From Eledone cirrhosa (lineage: Eukaryota), in contig OZ024742.1 in assembly GCA_964016885.1 (NCBI GenBank), forward strand, positions 262,632,001 to 262,696,000: DNA of 64,000 nucleotides, in the 5' to 3' direction. The number at the start of each line of letters is the position of its first letter. Positions within the stretch are counted from its first letter, which is position 1. A model generated the notes under the pieces. That model was not told the DNA's origin. It worked only from the letters and a program-made list of their open reading frames with translations, and did no database searches. Position numbers and translations under genes: made by a program. Shown here one piece after another: positions 26,340 through 39,079 of the stretch.

Positions 26340-26627
26340 TATAGTATAAACAAAGTTTCATACACTTAACATGTAATGCTATCATTGGTTTCGGGGTCCA
26401 GTCATGGCCACCTCTGTATAATGGAGGAGGCACTTTGAAACTGACCCTTCATTCAAGCGCGTGGACAAAAATATAAAAAATGGGAATTTCTTTTTCATAT
26501 TTTTTACCCCGTGCCTGAATGAAGGGTCAGTTTAAAAGTGCCTCCTCCAATATACAGTGGCGGCCATGACTGGAGCCCGAATTCAATGATAACATGTTAA
26601 GTGTATGAAATTTTGTTTATACTATAT
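26340..26627. repeat. Imperfect fold-back (~140-bp arms) with mirrored hammerhead-like motifs
   Basis: Arms are reverse complements. Motif gtgc (C/T)TGAATGA agggtc...gaccc GAAA (t/c)caatga TA gcat. Confidence 0.7.
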
Positions 26628-26693
26628 AAGCTCTCTTCCACACAGATTGAGCACTGTTTTCATTGATCTTTCATCTACGGATTTCTATCAACG

Positions 26694-26731
<38 letters not shown>

Positions 26732-26838
26732 TACACACACACACACACACACATATACATACACACACACACACATATACATACACACACACACACATAT
26801 ACATACACACACATACATACACACACACACACATACAT

Positions 26839-26879
<41 letters not shown>

Positions 26880-27006
26880 CCGAGAACTGTTCTCGGTATG
26901 GTGAACTAACTGTTGTGTTACTACTTCTACCAAACTCGTCCCATGGACTGAGTGCTCTACCACTACGGATATACGGGTATTACCTTCCAGTGTTCTACCT
27001 CTCTCG

Positions 27007-27043
<37 letters not shown>

Positions 27044-27193
27044 AATTTCGCTCTACATGGCTGAATACAATAAATGTAATCTAAGTTTTTAGAATATTAA
27101 TAATAACATTCGATTCGTTTGTAATTATACACACAAGCCGCATTTTTATAGCCATGTCAGTAGAATGAACCCTTCATTGTTGCTCTTGCATAC

Positions 27194-27224
<31 letters not shown>

Positions 27225-27225
<1 letters not shown>

Positions 27226-27645
27226 ATGCAAATGAGATTAATCACTTCATGCTTCTGCTGGACACCACCAGAGGGCGTTAGCCCCCAGTGTTTGCATAGC
27301 TACGGCTTCCTAAAACCGTGTTTCTTTAGAAATACGAAATGTCTATACATATTTGTATAAAGCTATGCCTGAAGCGAAATACTATTTCTATTCTATTATA
27401 AGTTGAGCCAACTTATGCAGCTTCATATGCAAATGAGATAAATTACCTCATTTACACAGACGAGAAAACTATATATTCTCGACTGTTTCCAAGTCCAGAA
27501 TGCATAGACGGTTGTCCCCCTTGCTTCTGCTGCACTCCACCAGAGCCCCGGTGTTTGCATAGTTAAGGCTTCCTAAAACCGTGTTTCTTTAGAAATACCA
27601 AATATTTCTATACATATTTGTATAACGCTATGCTTGAAGCGAAAT

Positions 27646-27648
<3 letters not shown>
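27225..27648 (+). mobile_element. Tandem partial pLTR dimer, same family as 49175-49640
   Basis: tatgcaaatgaga..., ggcttcctaaaac..., gctatgcttgaagcgaaatcct shared. The 5' half of the hammerhead is deleted here. Confidence 0.7.
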
Positions 27649-27725
<77 letters not shown>

Positions 27726-27727
27726 GA

Positions 27728-27837
27728 TAGAGAAAAGGTGACGTTTGAAATGGCACGGAAAATATATTTTAGGGTCTGTTTTTCTTTTTTTTCTTTCTTT
27801 GATTTGTCAAAGTGACATTATTGAAATAATGACATTT

Positions 27838-27869
<32 letters not shown>

Positions 27870-28160
27870 GGTGACCTCAATACTTAATTGTAAATCTTTA
27901 ATTTTTAGTTTTTTATTCTTATTAATTCTTTGTAATTGTAATACTCAACATTTGATAAGATGAATTTTAATAATACATCGAAATCGGTAATACTTTATAT
28001 ACTTTATATACATTATAAAACTCTTTTTTAAAAAAGAACTGTCCCTCTCATTTTTTTCAATAATGTCACTTTGATGAATCAAGGAAAGCAAAAAAAGAAA
28101 AACCGACCGTAAAATATATTTTCCGTGCTATTTCTAATTTCACCTTTTCTCTATATCCAC
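27728..28160 (+). mobile_element. Non-coding pLTR-like element with an inverted 5' copy and a U3-A8 hammerhead (27947-27995)
   Basis: 27728-27835 is inverted at 28045-28153. aacat TTGATAA gatg...catc GAAA tcgg TA atact. Confidence 0.7.
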
Positions 28161-28162
28161 TG

Positions 28163-28295
<133 letters not shown>

Positions 28296-28409
28296 CAATA
28301 GAGAGAGTCGGTTTCTAACATAGGTACTAGACTCTCTCATTGGAATTTTCACATCAACTAGGTAGATATGTGTGCATGTCTGCATGTATGGATGTTATTG
28401 TATGTGTTG

Positions 28410-29310
28410 ATGTGTATATTTTGAGTTATATGTGTACATGTGTACATGCAGTTATTAGATGCAGAATCTTTGGAATGTTTTACATATTTTTACTGTTCCA
28501 TTAATGGATTGTACTTGTAATTTCCTAACTAGCCGTGTTCTTTATGTTTCTGTAAAGCTCAGCTTCTCAAGATTTGTACTGAGGCAGTTACTAACATATC
28601 CCTGTGCCCCAATAATCACAGGTATAAATCTGAAGGTATAGTCAGGGTGGAATATCTGCAGATTTCTTATTAGTTCTGCATAGATATTCTCCTTTTCGCT
28701 AGTCTTTAAAATTATATTGGCATATGCTGGGCAGCTAACTTCCACTACTGTACATGCCTTATTTTCCCTGTCCCATATCATAATATCTGGTCTGTTATGC
28801 CTGCATTTTAATGGGGTTTTGACTGGAACATTCCACCAGTACTCTTTCATAATATGTATGTGTATGTCTTCTGCTTTGCTGTAGCTTTTAATGTGTTTAT
28901 TGTCAGGGCTATCTTTTCTATGGATTGCATTGTACAGTGTTTGGGCCACTACATCATGCCTCATAGGTAGATAGTACCGTGATGACATATTTGGACAGCT
29001 GCTTATGACATGGGTCACATATTCAATGTTGATTCTGAAGAGTTTGCATTTGTTGTCACATCTAGGTGTTTTGCCTGCATCCCTATCTCTTTTGTGAATC
29101 AGGTATTTGGTGTTGATTTCCTGTTCTTCGTTTGCAAAGGCATATCCTTCAAAGTGGGAACCAATATAGCGTTTGTTGGTCCAAGACAGAATACTTTGCT
29201 TATCTATATTACTCTCACTCTAGAGCTTCCTGACAACATATCCATGCATGATTTTTTTGTTGATAAGCATGCAGTTTTTCATCCATGGATTCACTGTGGT
29301 ATTGGTGGGC
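28410..29310 (-). mobile_element. R4/Dong-like non-LTR retrotransposon 3' part (restriction-like endonuclease)
   Basis: QEQEINTKY, CK...THVISSCPNM...RHDVVA (CCHC and RHD), RPDIMIWD...VVEVSCP, K...Y, IPVIIGAQG. Confidence 0.8.
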
Positions 29311-29335
29311 AATGTATTAATGTATGTATGCATGC

Positions 29336-29443
<108 letters not shown>

Positions 29444-29504
29444 AGGTTGAATTGTTTTTTCACTAAAACTCTGCACGATTATTTTTGATCATATGGAATG
29501 TCTT

Positions 29505-30630
29505 AGTGTCTGTAGTGGAATGTCATAGTATCTATAGTGGAATGACATAGTGTCTATAGTGGAATGTCATAGTGTCTGGAGTGGAATGTCATAGTGTCTG
29601 GAGTGGAATGTCATAATGTCTGTAGTGGAATGTCATAGTGTCTGTAGTGGAATGTCATAGTGTCTGTAGTGTAATGTCATAGTGGTTATAGTGGAATGTC
29701 ATAGTGTCTGTAGTAGAATGTCATAGTGTCTGTAGGGGAATGTCATAGTGTCTGGAGTGGAATATCATAGTGTCTGGAGTGGAATGTCATAGTGTCTGTA
29801 GTGGAATGACATAGTGTCTATAGTGGAATGTCATAGTGTCTGTAGTGGAATGTCATAGTGTCTGGAGTGGAATGTCATAATGTCTGTAGTGGAATGTCAT
29901 AGTATCTGTAGTGGAATATCATAGTGTCTGTAGTGGAATGTCAGTGTCTGGAGTGGAATATCATAGTGTCTGGAGTGGAGTGTCATAGTGTCTGTAGTGG
30001 AATATCATAGTGTATGTAGTGGAATGTCATAGTGTCTGGAGTGGAATGACATAGTGTCTGGAGTGGAATGTCATAATGTCTGTAGTGGAATGTCATAGTG
30101 TCTGTAGTGGAATGTCATAGTGTCTGGAGTGGAATGTCATAGTGTCTGTAGTGGAATGACATAGTGTCTGGAGTGGAATGTCATAGTGTCTGTAGTGGAA
30201 TGTCATAGTGTCTGGAGTGGAATATCATAGTGTCTGGAGTGGAATGTCGTAGTGTGCGTTGTGGAATATCATAATTGTTTCTACTTTTGGCACAAGGCCA
30301 GCAATTACCCAGTGCATTACTGGTACTTTATTTTATCGACCCCGTAAGGATGAAAGGCAAAGTAAACCTCGGCGGGATTTGAACTCAGACCGTAAAGGGA
30401 CGTAACTATGCTTCAAAGCATGACGTCCGACTTTCTACCGATACTGCCAATCCACCATCATAATGAAATGACATAGTGTCTATAGTGGAATGACAGTGTC
30501 TGGAATGGAATGTCATAGTGTCTGTAGTGGAATGACATAGTGTCTGGAGTGGAATGTCATAGTGTCTGTAGTGGAATGTCATAGTGTCTGGAGTGGAATG
30601 TCATAGTGTCTGGAGTGAAATGTCGTAGTG
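29505..30630 (+). repeat. 22-bp minisatellite (gtggaatgtcatagtgtctg[t/g]a)n interrupted by a SINE
   Basis: About 35 units before and about 7 after the SINE at 30273-30457. Confidence 0.95.
30273..30457 (-). mobile_element. tRNA-derived SINE
   Basis: Full copy with TGGCAGTATCGG box A and GAGTTCAAATCC box B. Confidence 0.85.
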
Positions 30631-30765
30631 GTTGTAGTTTAATAATCAATCAGAACATGCCGACTTCGAATCAAGTTATTGACTTTCTAATTCTTTTTTT
30701 CATACGCGTACTATATACGTACTTACATACCAGTATACATACATGCATACATACAAATACGCGCG

Positions 30766-30866
<101 letters not shown>

Positions 30867-30951
30867 ATAAGGTAAACAGAAATAACAACAAAATCTGTGC
30901 AGAATATGGAAGGAATATATTAGTTTAACACTTGAAATAGCAGGAAGAGTG

Positions 30952-30987
30952 TCTTAACGTTTCGGACGCTAGTCCCTCATCAGAAGA
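30952..30987 (-). ncRNA. Minimal type I hammerhead
   Basis: tctt CTGATGA gggactagcgtcc GAAA cg TT aaga. Confidence 0.8.
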
Positions 30988-31060
30988 AAGAATGAAAAAT
31001 TAGAAAGATTGAAAGGACGGGCAAGGTGGAATCGGAAAAAACGTTTTTTAGAGAAACAAA

Positions 31061-31118
<58 letters not shown>

Positions 31119-31144
31119 ACACCCATACATACATACACACATAC

Positions 31145-31953
31145 TCACTCATTACCCTCTCAAAACATATTCCTAAAATAGAATTTCTTTGATAATCCTA
31201 TATCCCCCCCCCCATACCCTAAACTATAGCTGAACCTAAAGCAATTGTCCCTAGCTTACATTTTCCCTCTTCGCCACCCCCAACTAGCTCTTGACCAGTT
31301 CCTTAACATAATTGAGATATACACACATATATATAGAAAAATTACTTTCCCTAAAATACTTTTGTTCTGTGAGAAGACACGACTACTACTACTAATAATA
31401 ATAATAATACTAATGCTGCTGCTTCTGCTACTACTACTACTACTACTGCTACTGCTGCTACTACTACTACTTCTAAATGTTTAGAAAGCTCTTTTTCTAA
31501 GACCCAGTCTTACTCCCAACATGAAATATGAACAGACCTTCTTCAACACTTAATTTTTAAATCTTTTTTAAATTTTAATTGTAATATTTAATATTTGATA
31601 AGATGGAATATATCGAAATCGGTAATATTTTATATATTTTATATATTTTATATATTTTATTAAAAAAAAATTTTTTTATTGTTCTTCTCATTTTTTCAAT
31701 AATATCACTTTGACGGGTCAAAGAAGAAGGAAAGAAAAACAGATTCTTTAAATATATTTCCGTGGTGTTTCCAATCCTATTTTTTCTCTATAACCTCTGT
31801 TGTGTATAGAACCTTACTCCGTTTTCAAACATATGTTTATATATATACAATCCGTCCAACACATGCCAGTGAGGAAAGTGCACATAAAATGATGATGGTC
31901 AGATTTATGTTTAACCTGGCAATTCCAATTACATGCACCAAGCCGACTTTGAA
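31145..31953 (+). mobile_element. Non-coding pLTR/retrozyme-like element with U3-A8 hammerhead (31590-31629)
   Basis: Collinear with the reverse complement of 44653-45522, including an internal (CTA/CCA)n tract. aatat TTGATAA gatggaatatatc GAAA tcgg TA atatt. Confidence 0.75.
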
Positions 31954-32087
31954 ATATATATGTATATATATATATATATTAATAATAACATTCGATTCGT
32001 TTGCAATTATGCAAACAAGCCTCATTTTTAAAGCCATGTCAGTAGAACGAACCCTTCATTCTTGCTCTTGTGTTGGCATGTAAACAG

Positions 32088-32136
32088 AACTGCAGACACT
32101 AATGTTTCTGGGTATCACCCTTCATCAGTACAGCTC
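32088..32136 (-). ncRNA. Hammerhead-like motif (interrupted stem I)
   Basis: gagctgta CTGATGA agggtgataccca GAAA cat TA gtgtc tgcagtt. Confidence 0.55.
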
Positions 32137-32138
32137 AC

Positions 32139-32189
<51 letters not shown>

Positions 32190-32323
32190 CGTGAACCTAA
32201 TATAACTGTGTAAACATTGCCTTCTGTGTTTTGTTTGTTTTATTGATCAACTATATATATATATATTACAGTATGGGGTTAACCGAACAATTTTAAGTAG
32301 ACCTGAATCAACTGAATATGGCC

Positions 32324-32421
<98 letters not shown>

Positions 32422-32525
32422 TAGATATCGTTTTTTACAAAAACAATATAAATATATATATATATATATATATTCCCGTTTCTCCCTCCTCTGTTTTTCT
32501 ATTTCTTTTGCTATCCCTCATTCTA

Positions 32526-32561
32526 TCTTCTGATGAAGGACTAACGACCGAAACGTTAAGA
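32526..32561 (+). ncRNA. Minimal type I hammerhead (family of 30952-30987)
   Basis: tctt CTGATGA aggactaacgacc GAAA cg TT aaga. Confidence 0.72.
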
Positions 32562-32719
32562 CCCTTTTCCTGTGATAGCAATCGTTAAACTAATGTACAT
32601 TTTCATTGTATTGTATCGTTCCCTTGTGTTGTTTTTCGTTTCTTTTCTTATATATATATATATATATATATGCGTGTGTGTGTGTGTGTGTGTGTGTCTG
32701 AGGGTTGTATGATTATTAC

Positions 32720-33043
32720 CTTCGTACATGCTGGGTATGAACAAAGTCGCTCCAATGTCCTGGTAAGGTCCATCCTTTATTTTCATAGTGGTCCGACATT
32801 TGGTAACTGTGTCTTTCCATACGGTGTTTGCCAGTAGGGGACAGTCCAAATAGGGATCTAGCTGGGTAGATAGCACCTTGGACGACTCCGCCGATAGGTG
32901 AATAACACAGGGTAGTTTATTGCCGGCAGGAAATTCCTTAATTGGTAAGAACTCCTTATCTGTTTGGTCGTCTTCGTTAGTGGAATGTATCGACTTCATT
33001 TCCATCTCGCCCAAACCTTCTGTCATCATGGATGTGTATAGGT
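32720..33043 (-). CDS. Upstream coding exon of the same CABIT-domain gene
   Basis: Acceptor tttatatttatatag| at 33043. Donor GAAG|gtaata at 32720 is phase 1 and joins the 17883 exon in frame as LFIPSMYEG-LFEII. Contains KLPCVIHL. First in-exon ATG at 33029. Confidence 0.78.
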
Positions 33044-33199
33044 CTATATAAATATAAAAATATATATGCATTTTTACTTGTTAATGTGTGTATATGAACG
33101 TGTATAATGTATACGTCACACATTGGCAGACACACACACACATATACAGACATACCTATATACATGTATACATATATATATACATACACACACACATAT

Positions 33200-33264
<65 letters not shown>

Positions 33265-33351
33265 CACTGATCTGATTCATCATGCTCAATTTCTCTCTCA
33301 TTTTATTTACACGTCAAACCATAGAAACCAAGACAATGTTGATGATGATGA

Positions 33352-33484
<133 letters not shown>

Positions 33485-33649
33485 GAAGAAGTTGGAAAAC
33501 CATGACAATGCAGGGTTTGGACAGAGAAAAATCAAAACGCAAAAACCACAAAAAGTACGTTTTGTTCTTTTTACCTTAATTTATTCATATGACCTGATAT
33601 TTCGAGATTAATATCTCTTCGACTGGGGACAATAAAGGTACTACAAATT

Positions 33650-33707
<58 letters not shown>

Positions 33708-33810
33708 GGAATAGAATGAAACGAAATTCATTTCTCACTATTAGTACGGCAGTTACTTAAGTGTAAGTACAGTTACTTAAATGATATATATATATATATA
33801 TATACATACA

Positions 33811-33842
<32 letters not shown>

Positions 33843-33846
<4 letters not shown>

Positions 33847-34268
33847 TGTATGTATAGTATATTTGGCAATATACTGTATGTTTAATTAAAAACATTTAGA
33901 AGACCATTGCTATGAGTTTTAAAGTAGTGACTATGTCTCGGCAAAAACAACAGAGAGCAGCCGACAGTCAGTCTGTCTCTCACGTATGAGCGTTTATCAA
34001 GACCCCACACTCAGTTGCCTTTGCCGAGAATTATAGAGGCTGGATTCTTATAGAATTCCAGTAATAATCCAGTAATAATTCCAATAATAATCCAGTAATA
34101 ATTCCAGTAATAATCAGCTGATTAAACAGAGTGATTGCCGCTCTCTGTTGTTTTTGCCGAGAATAAGTAAGTGACATAGTCAGTACTTTAAAACTCATAG
34201 CGAATGGTCTTCTAAATGCTTTTAATTAAACGTACAGTATATTGCCAAATATACTGTACATACATTCA
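33843..34268. mobile_element. MITE-like/fold-back element with ~120-bp inverted arms
   Basis: 33843-33960 is the reverse complement of 34138-34268; internal ccagtaataat tandem. Confidence 0.6.
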
Positions 34269-34316
34269 TGAATACATCGCCATTTCAGAGCACTAATAAA
34301 TATATATATATATATG

Positions 34317-34352
<36 letters not shown>

Positions 34353-34390
34353 TGTATGTATGTATGTATGTATGTATGTATGTATGTATG

Positions 34391-34998
34391 TCAGGTCACC
34401 ACTTGGTGCTACTGGTAACATGTATCCCAGTACAACCTGTTTCATGGTCGGGTCGTTGGCGACTAAACTGGCAACCCCACCAAGGTTTCTTGGTGAGGAG
34501 GGTGACTTTGGACATCCTGCAGGACTAAAAACAAAACCTGTCAAAGGGAAAAGGAGCTCTTAAGAGTCAATGGCCATCCAAAATCACTGGGAGAGATGAC
34601 CCCTTAGCCTTTGTCAAGGCAGAATTCTAGGAGAAGGAAAACTCTGATATAACACCTGCAACCCTGATGGTATCCAATGATGTTGACTTGTTCTTCTTTT
34701 TGGTAAATATCATCTTGGTTAAGAGAGTGGGACTGGCTTTGTGCAGTGCCTTTGCTCACTATAAAAGCTTCACGGCACAGGCATTGCTTTGTATCTGGAG
34801 ATCTCTCTGCACTTGCCGTCACATGGTACCATGGGCCCAGCACTATGTGTCAATAATTGTCACAAGTATAGTGTTTGTACCAGAGTTTTCAAGTCGCTGG
34901 CTGGACTAAAAAGTCACACTCGTTCAGCGCATCGGTAGGGGTTCTCCTACATGGATATAAAGTAGTGGCCGTACTCGAAAACGAGTTGGCAGCCACCA
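34391..34998. mobile_element. RTE-like 5'-UTR-derived insert between (TATG)n tracts
   Basis: ctaggagaaggaaaactctga motif recalled from RTE 5' UTRs; GC-richer than its flanks; (TATG)n on both sides. Confidence 0.45.
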
Positions 34999-35372
34999 TG
35001 TATGTATGTATGTATGTATGTATGTATGTATGTATACGGCAAATTCACAAAGTCTTTAGAAGATCAGATAGAATGCTTTACTGTATTCGTTCTGACTCTG
35101 TTTAAATCCCGCCGTGTTTAACGTTACCTTTCACTAGTCCAATACTGAGGCCGATATATATCTCTTGCTCACTTGTTCTCAATAACCTCCTCATTCACAG
35201 GAAGAAATCAGCTGTGTTCAGAGCTGGAGGCAGGAAGATGTGACTACGACAACCCTACTACTCCATCAAGAGCCACAGGTCCATACATACATATATATAT
35301 ACATACACACATACATTCATACATACATACATATTCATATACACACATACGTACATATATATGTACACATAC

Positions 35373-35427
<55 letters not shown>

Positions 35428-35522
35428 ATATATATATATAGAGAGAGAGAGAGAGGGGGTGGGGAGGAGAGACAGAAATGGCTTCTACATGTCGAGAACT
35501 GTTTCATTCGGGACTCATATAT

Positions 35523-35637
<115 letters not shown>

Positions 35638-35721
35638 GGAGGTGAGTTTTATTGTAGTACAATAAAGCAATGCAGATATCGGATAAGAAGCACTCTACAG
35701 TTTGTGGGACTGGAGTATGCA

Positions 35722-36064
35722 TAATATAAGATCAAAAGATGGTTAAAGGAGTTCCATATATTTTATTATGCGCATTTCAAAAACAAACATCATCAAGCAA
35801 TAATATTTGTGTTTTCATCAGATAAAACAGGAGAACATGATATGAAGGCTAAAAAAACACTTGTTGATAGTGCAGTTTTTAATCAACATATGTTGATTAA
35901 CATATGTTGATTAAAAACTGCACTATCAACAAGTGTTTTTTTAGCCTTCATATCATGTTCTCCTGTTTTATCTGATGAAAACACAAATATTATTGCTTGA
36001 TGATGTTTGTTTTTGAAATGCGCATAATAAAATATATGGAACTCCTTTAACCATCTTTTGATCT

Positions 36065-36075
<11 letters not shown>
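35722..36075. repeat. Perfect ~170-bp-arm palindrome carrying two mirrored hammerheads (35761-35827 -, 35966-36032 +)
   Basis: ttttat CTGATGA aaacacaaatattatt-gct-tgatgatgtttgttttt GAAA tgcgca TA ataaaa. Confidence 0.85.
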
Positions 36076-36107
<32 letters not shown>

Positions 36108-36148
36108 TTCAAAATATTAACAAAAATAGACATTCGTGTGATCAAGTA

Positions 36149-36215
36149 TATTTTATTATACATATTTCAGAGGTACTGAGCTATCTTCAACAGTACGTCT
36201 TCATCAGATAAAATA
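36149..36215 (-). ncRNA. Type I hammerhead
   Basis: tattttat CTGATGA agacgtactg...cagtacctct GAAA tatgta TA ataaaata. Confidence 0.82.
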
Positions 36216-37005
36216 AGATGATGCATGACTAGATGGTTAAGATTCAGTCATGGTAGTGAATATGATATGACAAGACTCAATATTTATATACCTTAAGATT
36301 GAGACATGAAAAAACTTACATATAATACAGAGGGTGCGTGTGAGAAACCTTAAAAATACATAATAGCAATTTACATAACTGTTAGAGATTCAAATAATTT
36401 AAATTATTGAAGAAAGAAGAAAGAAAGAAAAAAGACAGAGAGAAACAGATGAGGAAAAATATAGTTACTAGAAGTATAGAAAGCAAAAGAGAATTGATCA
36501 AGGATAGAGAAAGACAAAGGGGAATAATTTGTATAGTATAAAGCATAGATAAATACATGAATATACATTTGGACATAGCTTTGTGAAAGAGTAAACTCGA
36601 ATCTTTGAATTATCTAGAAGTATCCATCTATCTAAATATTAAATATATCTGGGTGTAATTATATGAGGGTTTAATTTCGAGTCCTCAATTAATAAGAAAT
36701 ATACTAACAATTATTTATATACACCATATATATCCAAACTTATCCGGCTGACCGTTAAATTTCAAATTCCTTATGTTAGTTCAGAATAATGGATTAAACT
36801 AAAGGTATAATATTACAGGCTATAAAAGTTTATAAATGTCTATATTAATATTAAAGTATACTAACATATTTAATTTATAAAATCATATTTAAAGTATTTT
36901 CAAACATGAGAAAGAAACTTTGTATTTTCATCCACATGAAGGTAAACCATATTAAATTATATTATCTTATATTATTTTCCCATACTCTCTACCGATACTG
37001 CAAAC

Positions 37006-37192
37006 GGTGGATTGGCAGTATCGATAGAGAGTCAGACACCATGCTTTGAAGCATAGAGTTACGTCCCTTTATGATCTGAGTTCAAATCCCGCCGAGGTTA
37101 ACTTTGCCTTTCATCCTTACGGGGTCGATAAAATAAAGTACCAGTAATGTACTGGGTAATTGCTGGCCTTGTGCCTAAAAATAGAAACAATT
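37006..37192 (+). mobile_element. tRNA-derived SINE
   Basis: Full copy, preceded by a short inverted copy of its own head (36985-37002). Confidence 0.85.
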
Positions 37193-37472
37193 ATTTTCCC
37201 ATACTAAAATAATTCTCACTATATAATTTAGAAAATAATTACAGTTATAAAATTAGAAATTAACAATTAGAATGCCCTAAAGGCCTTATAATTTTAAACT
37301 TAAAAAAGTTATTATTAAATTTGATATATACTTTTGTCCAAATATATACAAAGAGTATATTGTCTGAAGTTCAAGACGATATATATATAGAGAGAGAGAG
37401 AGAGATTGTTTAATGTATGTTTATAATCATGTAGATATATGTGTTGTGTGTCTATTCAAATGTAAGTATTAC

Positions 37473-37566
37473 CTGAGCTGGATCGATCAACATCCAACGG
37501 AACCAAGATTTCTGCTTCAAATCCGAGAAGAGATAAAAAGGTCTTGGCACAAGTGAATGGCTGAAT
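37473..37566 (-). CDS. Tentative upstream exon of the CABIT gene
   Basis: Pyrimidine tract plus ttccttaag| acceptor and CAG|gtaata donor. Open frame IQPFTCAKTFLSLLGFEAEILVPLDVDRSSS ends in phase 1, compatible with the 33043 exon. Confidence 0.35.
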
Positions 37567-37841
37567 CTTAAGGAAGAATGTGTTGAGAGGCTAGGAAGAG
37601 AGAGCGAGAGAGAAATAGAGAGGGGGGGAGAAGGGGGAGGGGGTTGACAAGAAGAAGACATAGAAAGAGAAAGAAAAGAAGTGTGATCAGCAAATCACAT
37701 GACAGAGTTCATTGCTTCCACATTATCAGGGTGGCTTAATATAGTACCCGTTTGTCAGGTTTGAAACATCAATGCACATACACACGTAATACATACATAC
37801 ATACATACATACATACATACATACATACATACATACATACA

Positions 37842-37872
<31 letters not shown>

Positions 37873-38395
37873 TGTCACGTTAAAGACTGGGAAAGGCGGA
37901 GGTTTAAAATAGAACCCATTCTTCAAGTTTGAACCCGCCAGCGCATACTCACATACGTACACGAATGCATAAACACACATGCACACAAACCTACGTATAT
38001 ACATACATATATGCAGAGGCACACAAACATACATTTATATGTGTGTGTGTGGCATGTGTAAGTGCGTGTGCAACTATATATATATATATGTATATATGTA
38101 TATATGTATATAAGCTATCTTTTTAGAGCCGTTGAGCAGGTTATGAATGTTTTTGAATTCATGTTAACTGACATTTAACAGCTTGTGTATGATTTATGAT
38201 GTGTCATTAAATGATATGGAGTGACTAAACTATGTGGAGTGTGTGACCAACAGTAAACATTTAAGGTTGAACAATGGACAGCCCAGTTGACAGTTTGATG
38301 TAAGATCCGACTTGGTCAAATTGGTTAGTTCTACATATAAACATGACTTTTGTAAGATCATTACTACCTGTATATACAGGGTGTCCCCAAAAAAC

Positions 38396-38880
38396 TTTAT
38401 TTATTAGCCACAAAGGCCGACATGTAGGGGACAATACAAAGACAGGGACAGTGGGGTTTACAATAAGGTCGAGTAAAAGTGCACAATGGCAAAACTAATT
38501 TAACAATGAAGATATAAAAAATATATAAAATAAACTATGCATAAATGTAACAAAATAAATTCCCCAATAGGGGAGTGGATGACTCAGGGGTGACTCAGGT
38601 ACCCCACCAATCCTGAACCACCCGGCGCTTCTAGGGCACCCGGGGAGAGCACCCCACTCCTCCTCCAATTAGCCATCCTATATACGCATGGTCAGAGTAG
38701 GCCCACTCACAAGGGCCATTCTCGCCACATTCATCCACCTTTAAGCAAATGTACTGGAGGGCAGCACTTCTCTCTCCATCCTCATTTTCCTTTCCAGGTG
38801 AAACTTGAAGAAATTGATGAGGGATTGGTCGAAGAGAAAAGTGTCTGTCTTCAGTCCTTTCAATCTGGTCCAACATACAA
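38396..38880 (-). mobile_element. Tx1/L1-clade LINE 3' end
   Basis: Homologous to 21327-21726 and 39280-39460; ends cctttgtggctaataaataaag. Confidence 0.7.
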
Positions 38881-38897
38881 TCTCTTTTAATAATAAT

Positions 38898-39075
38898 AAT
38901 TGTTTCTACTTTTGGCACAAGGCCAGCAATTACCCAGTGTATTACTGGTACTTTATTTTATCGACCCCGTAAGGATGAAAGGCAAAGTTAACCTCGGCGG
39001 GATTTGAACTCAGAATGACAAGGGCCGTAATGTACTTGGTAATTGCTGGCCTTGTGCCAATAGTAGAAACAATTA
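38898..39075 (-). mobile_element. 5'-truncated SINE plus an inverted copy of its tail
   Basis: 38898-39013 (-) SINE; 39031-39075 (+) tail. Confidence 0.8.
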
Positions 39076-39079
39076 TTAT

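Noticed and set aside
29505-30630. CRISPR-like regular array
   Set aside because: Head-to-tail 22-bp units without unique spacers; eukaryotic context; no cas genes.
37006-37095. tRNA gene
   Set aside because: Box A/B are present but there is no cloverleaf, and it is always attached to the same SINE body.
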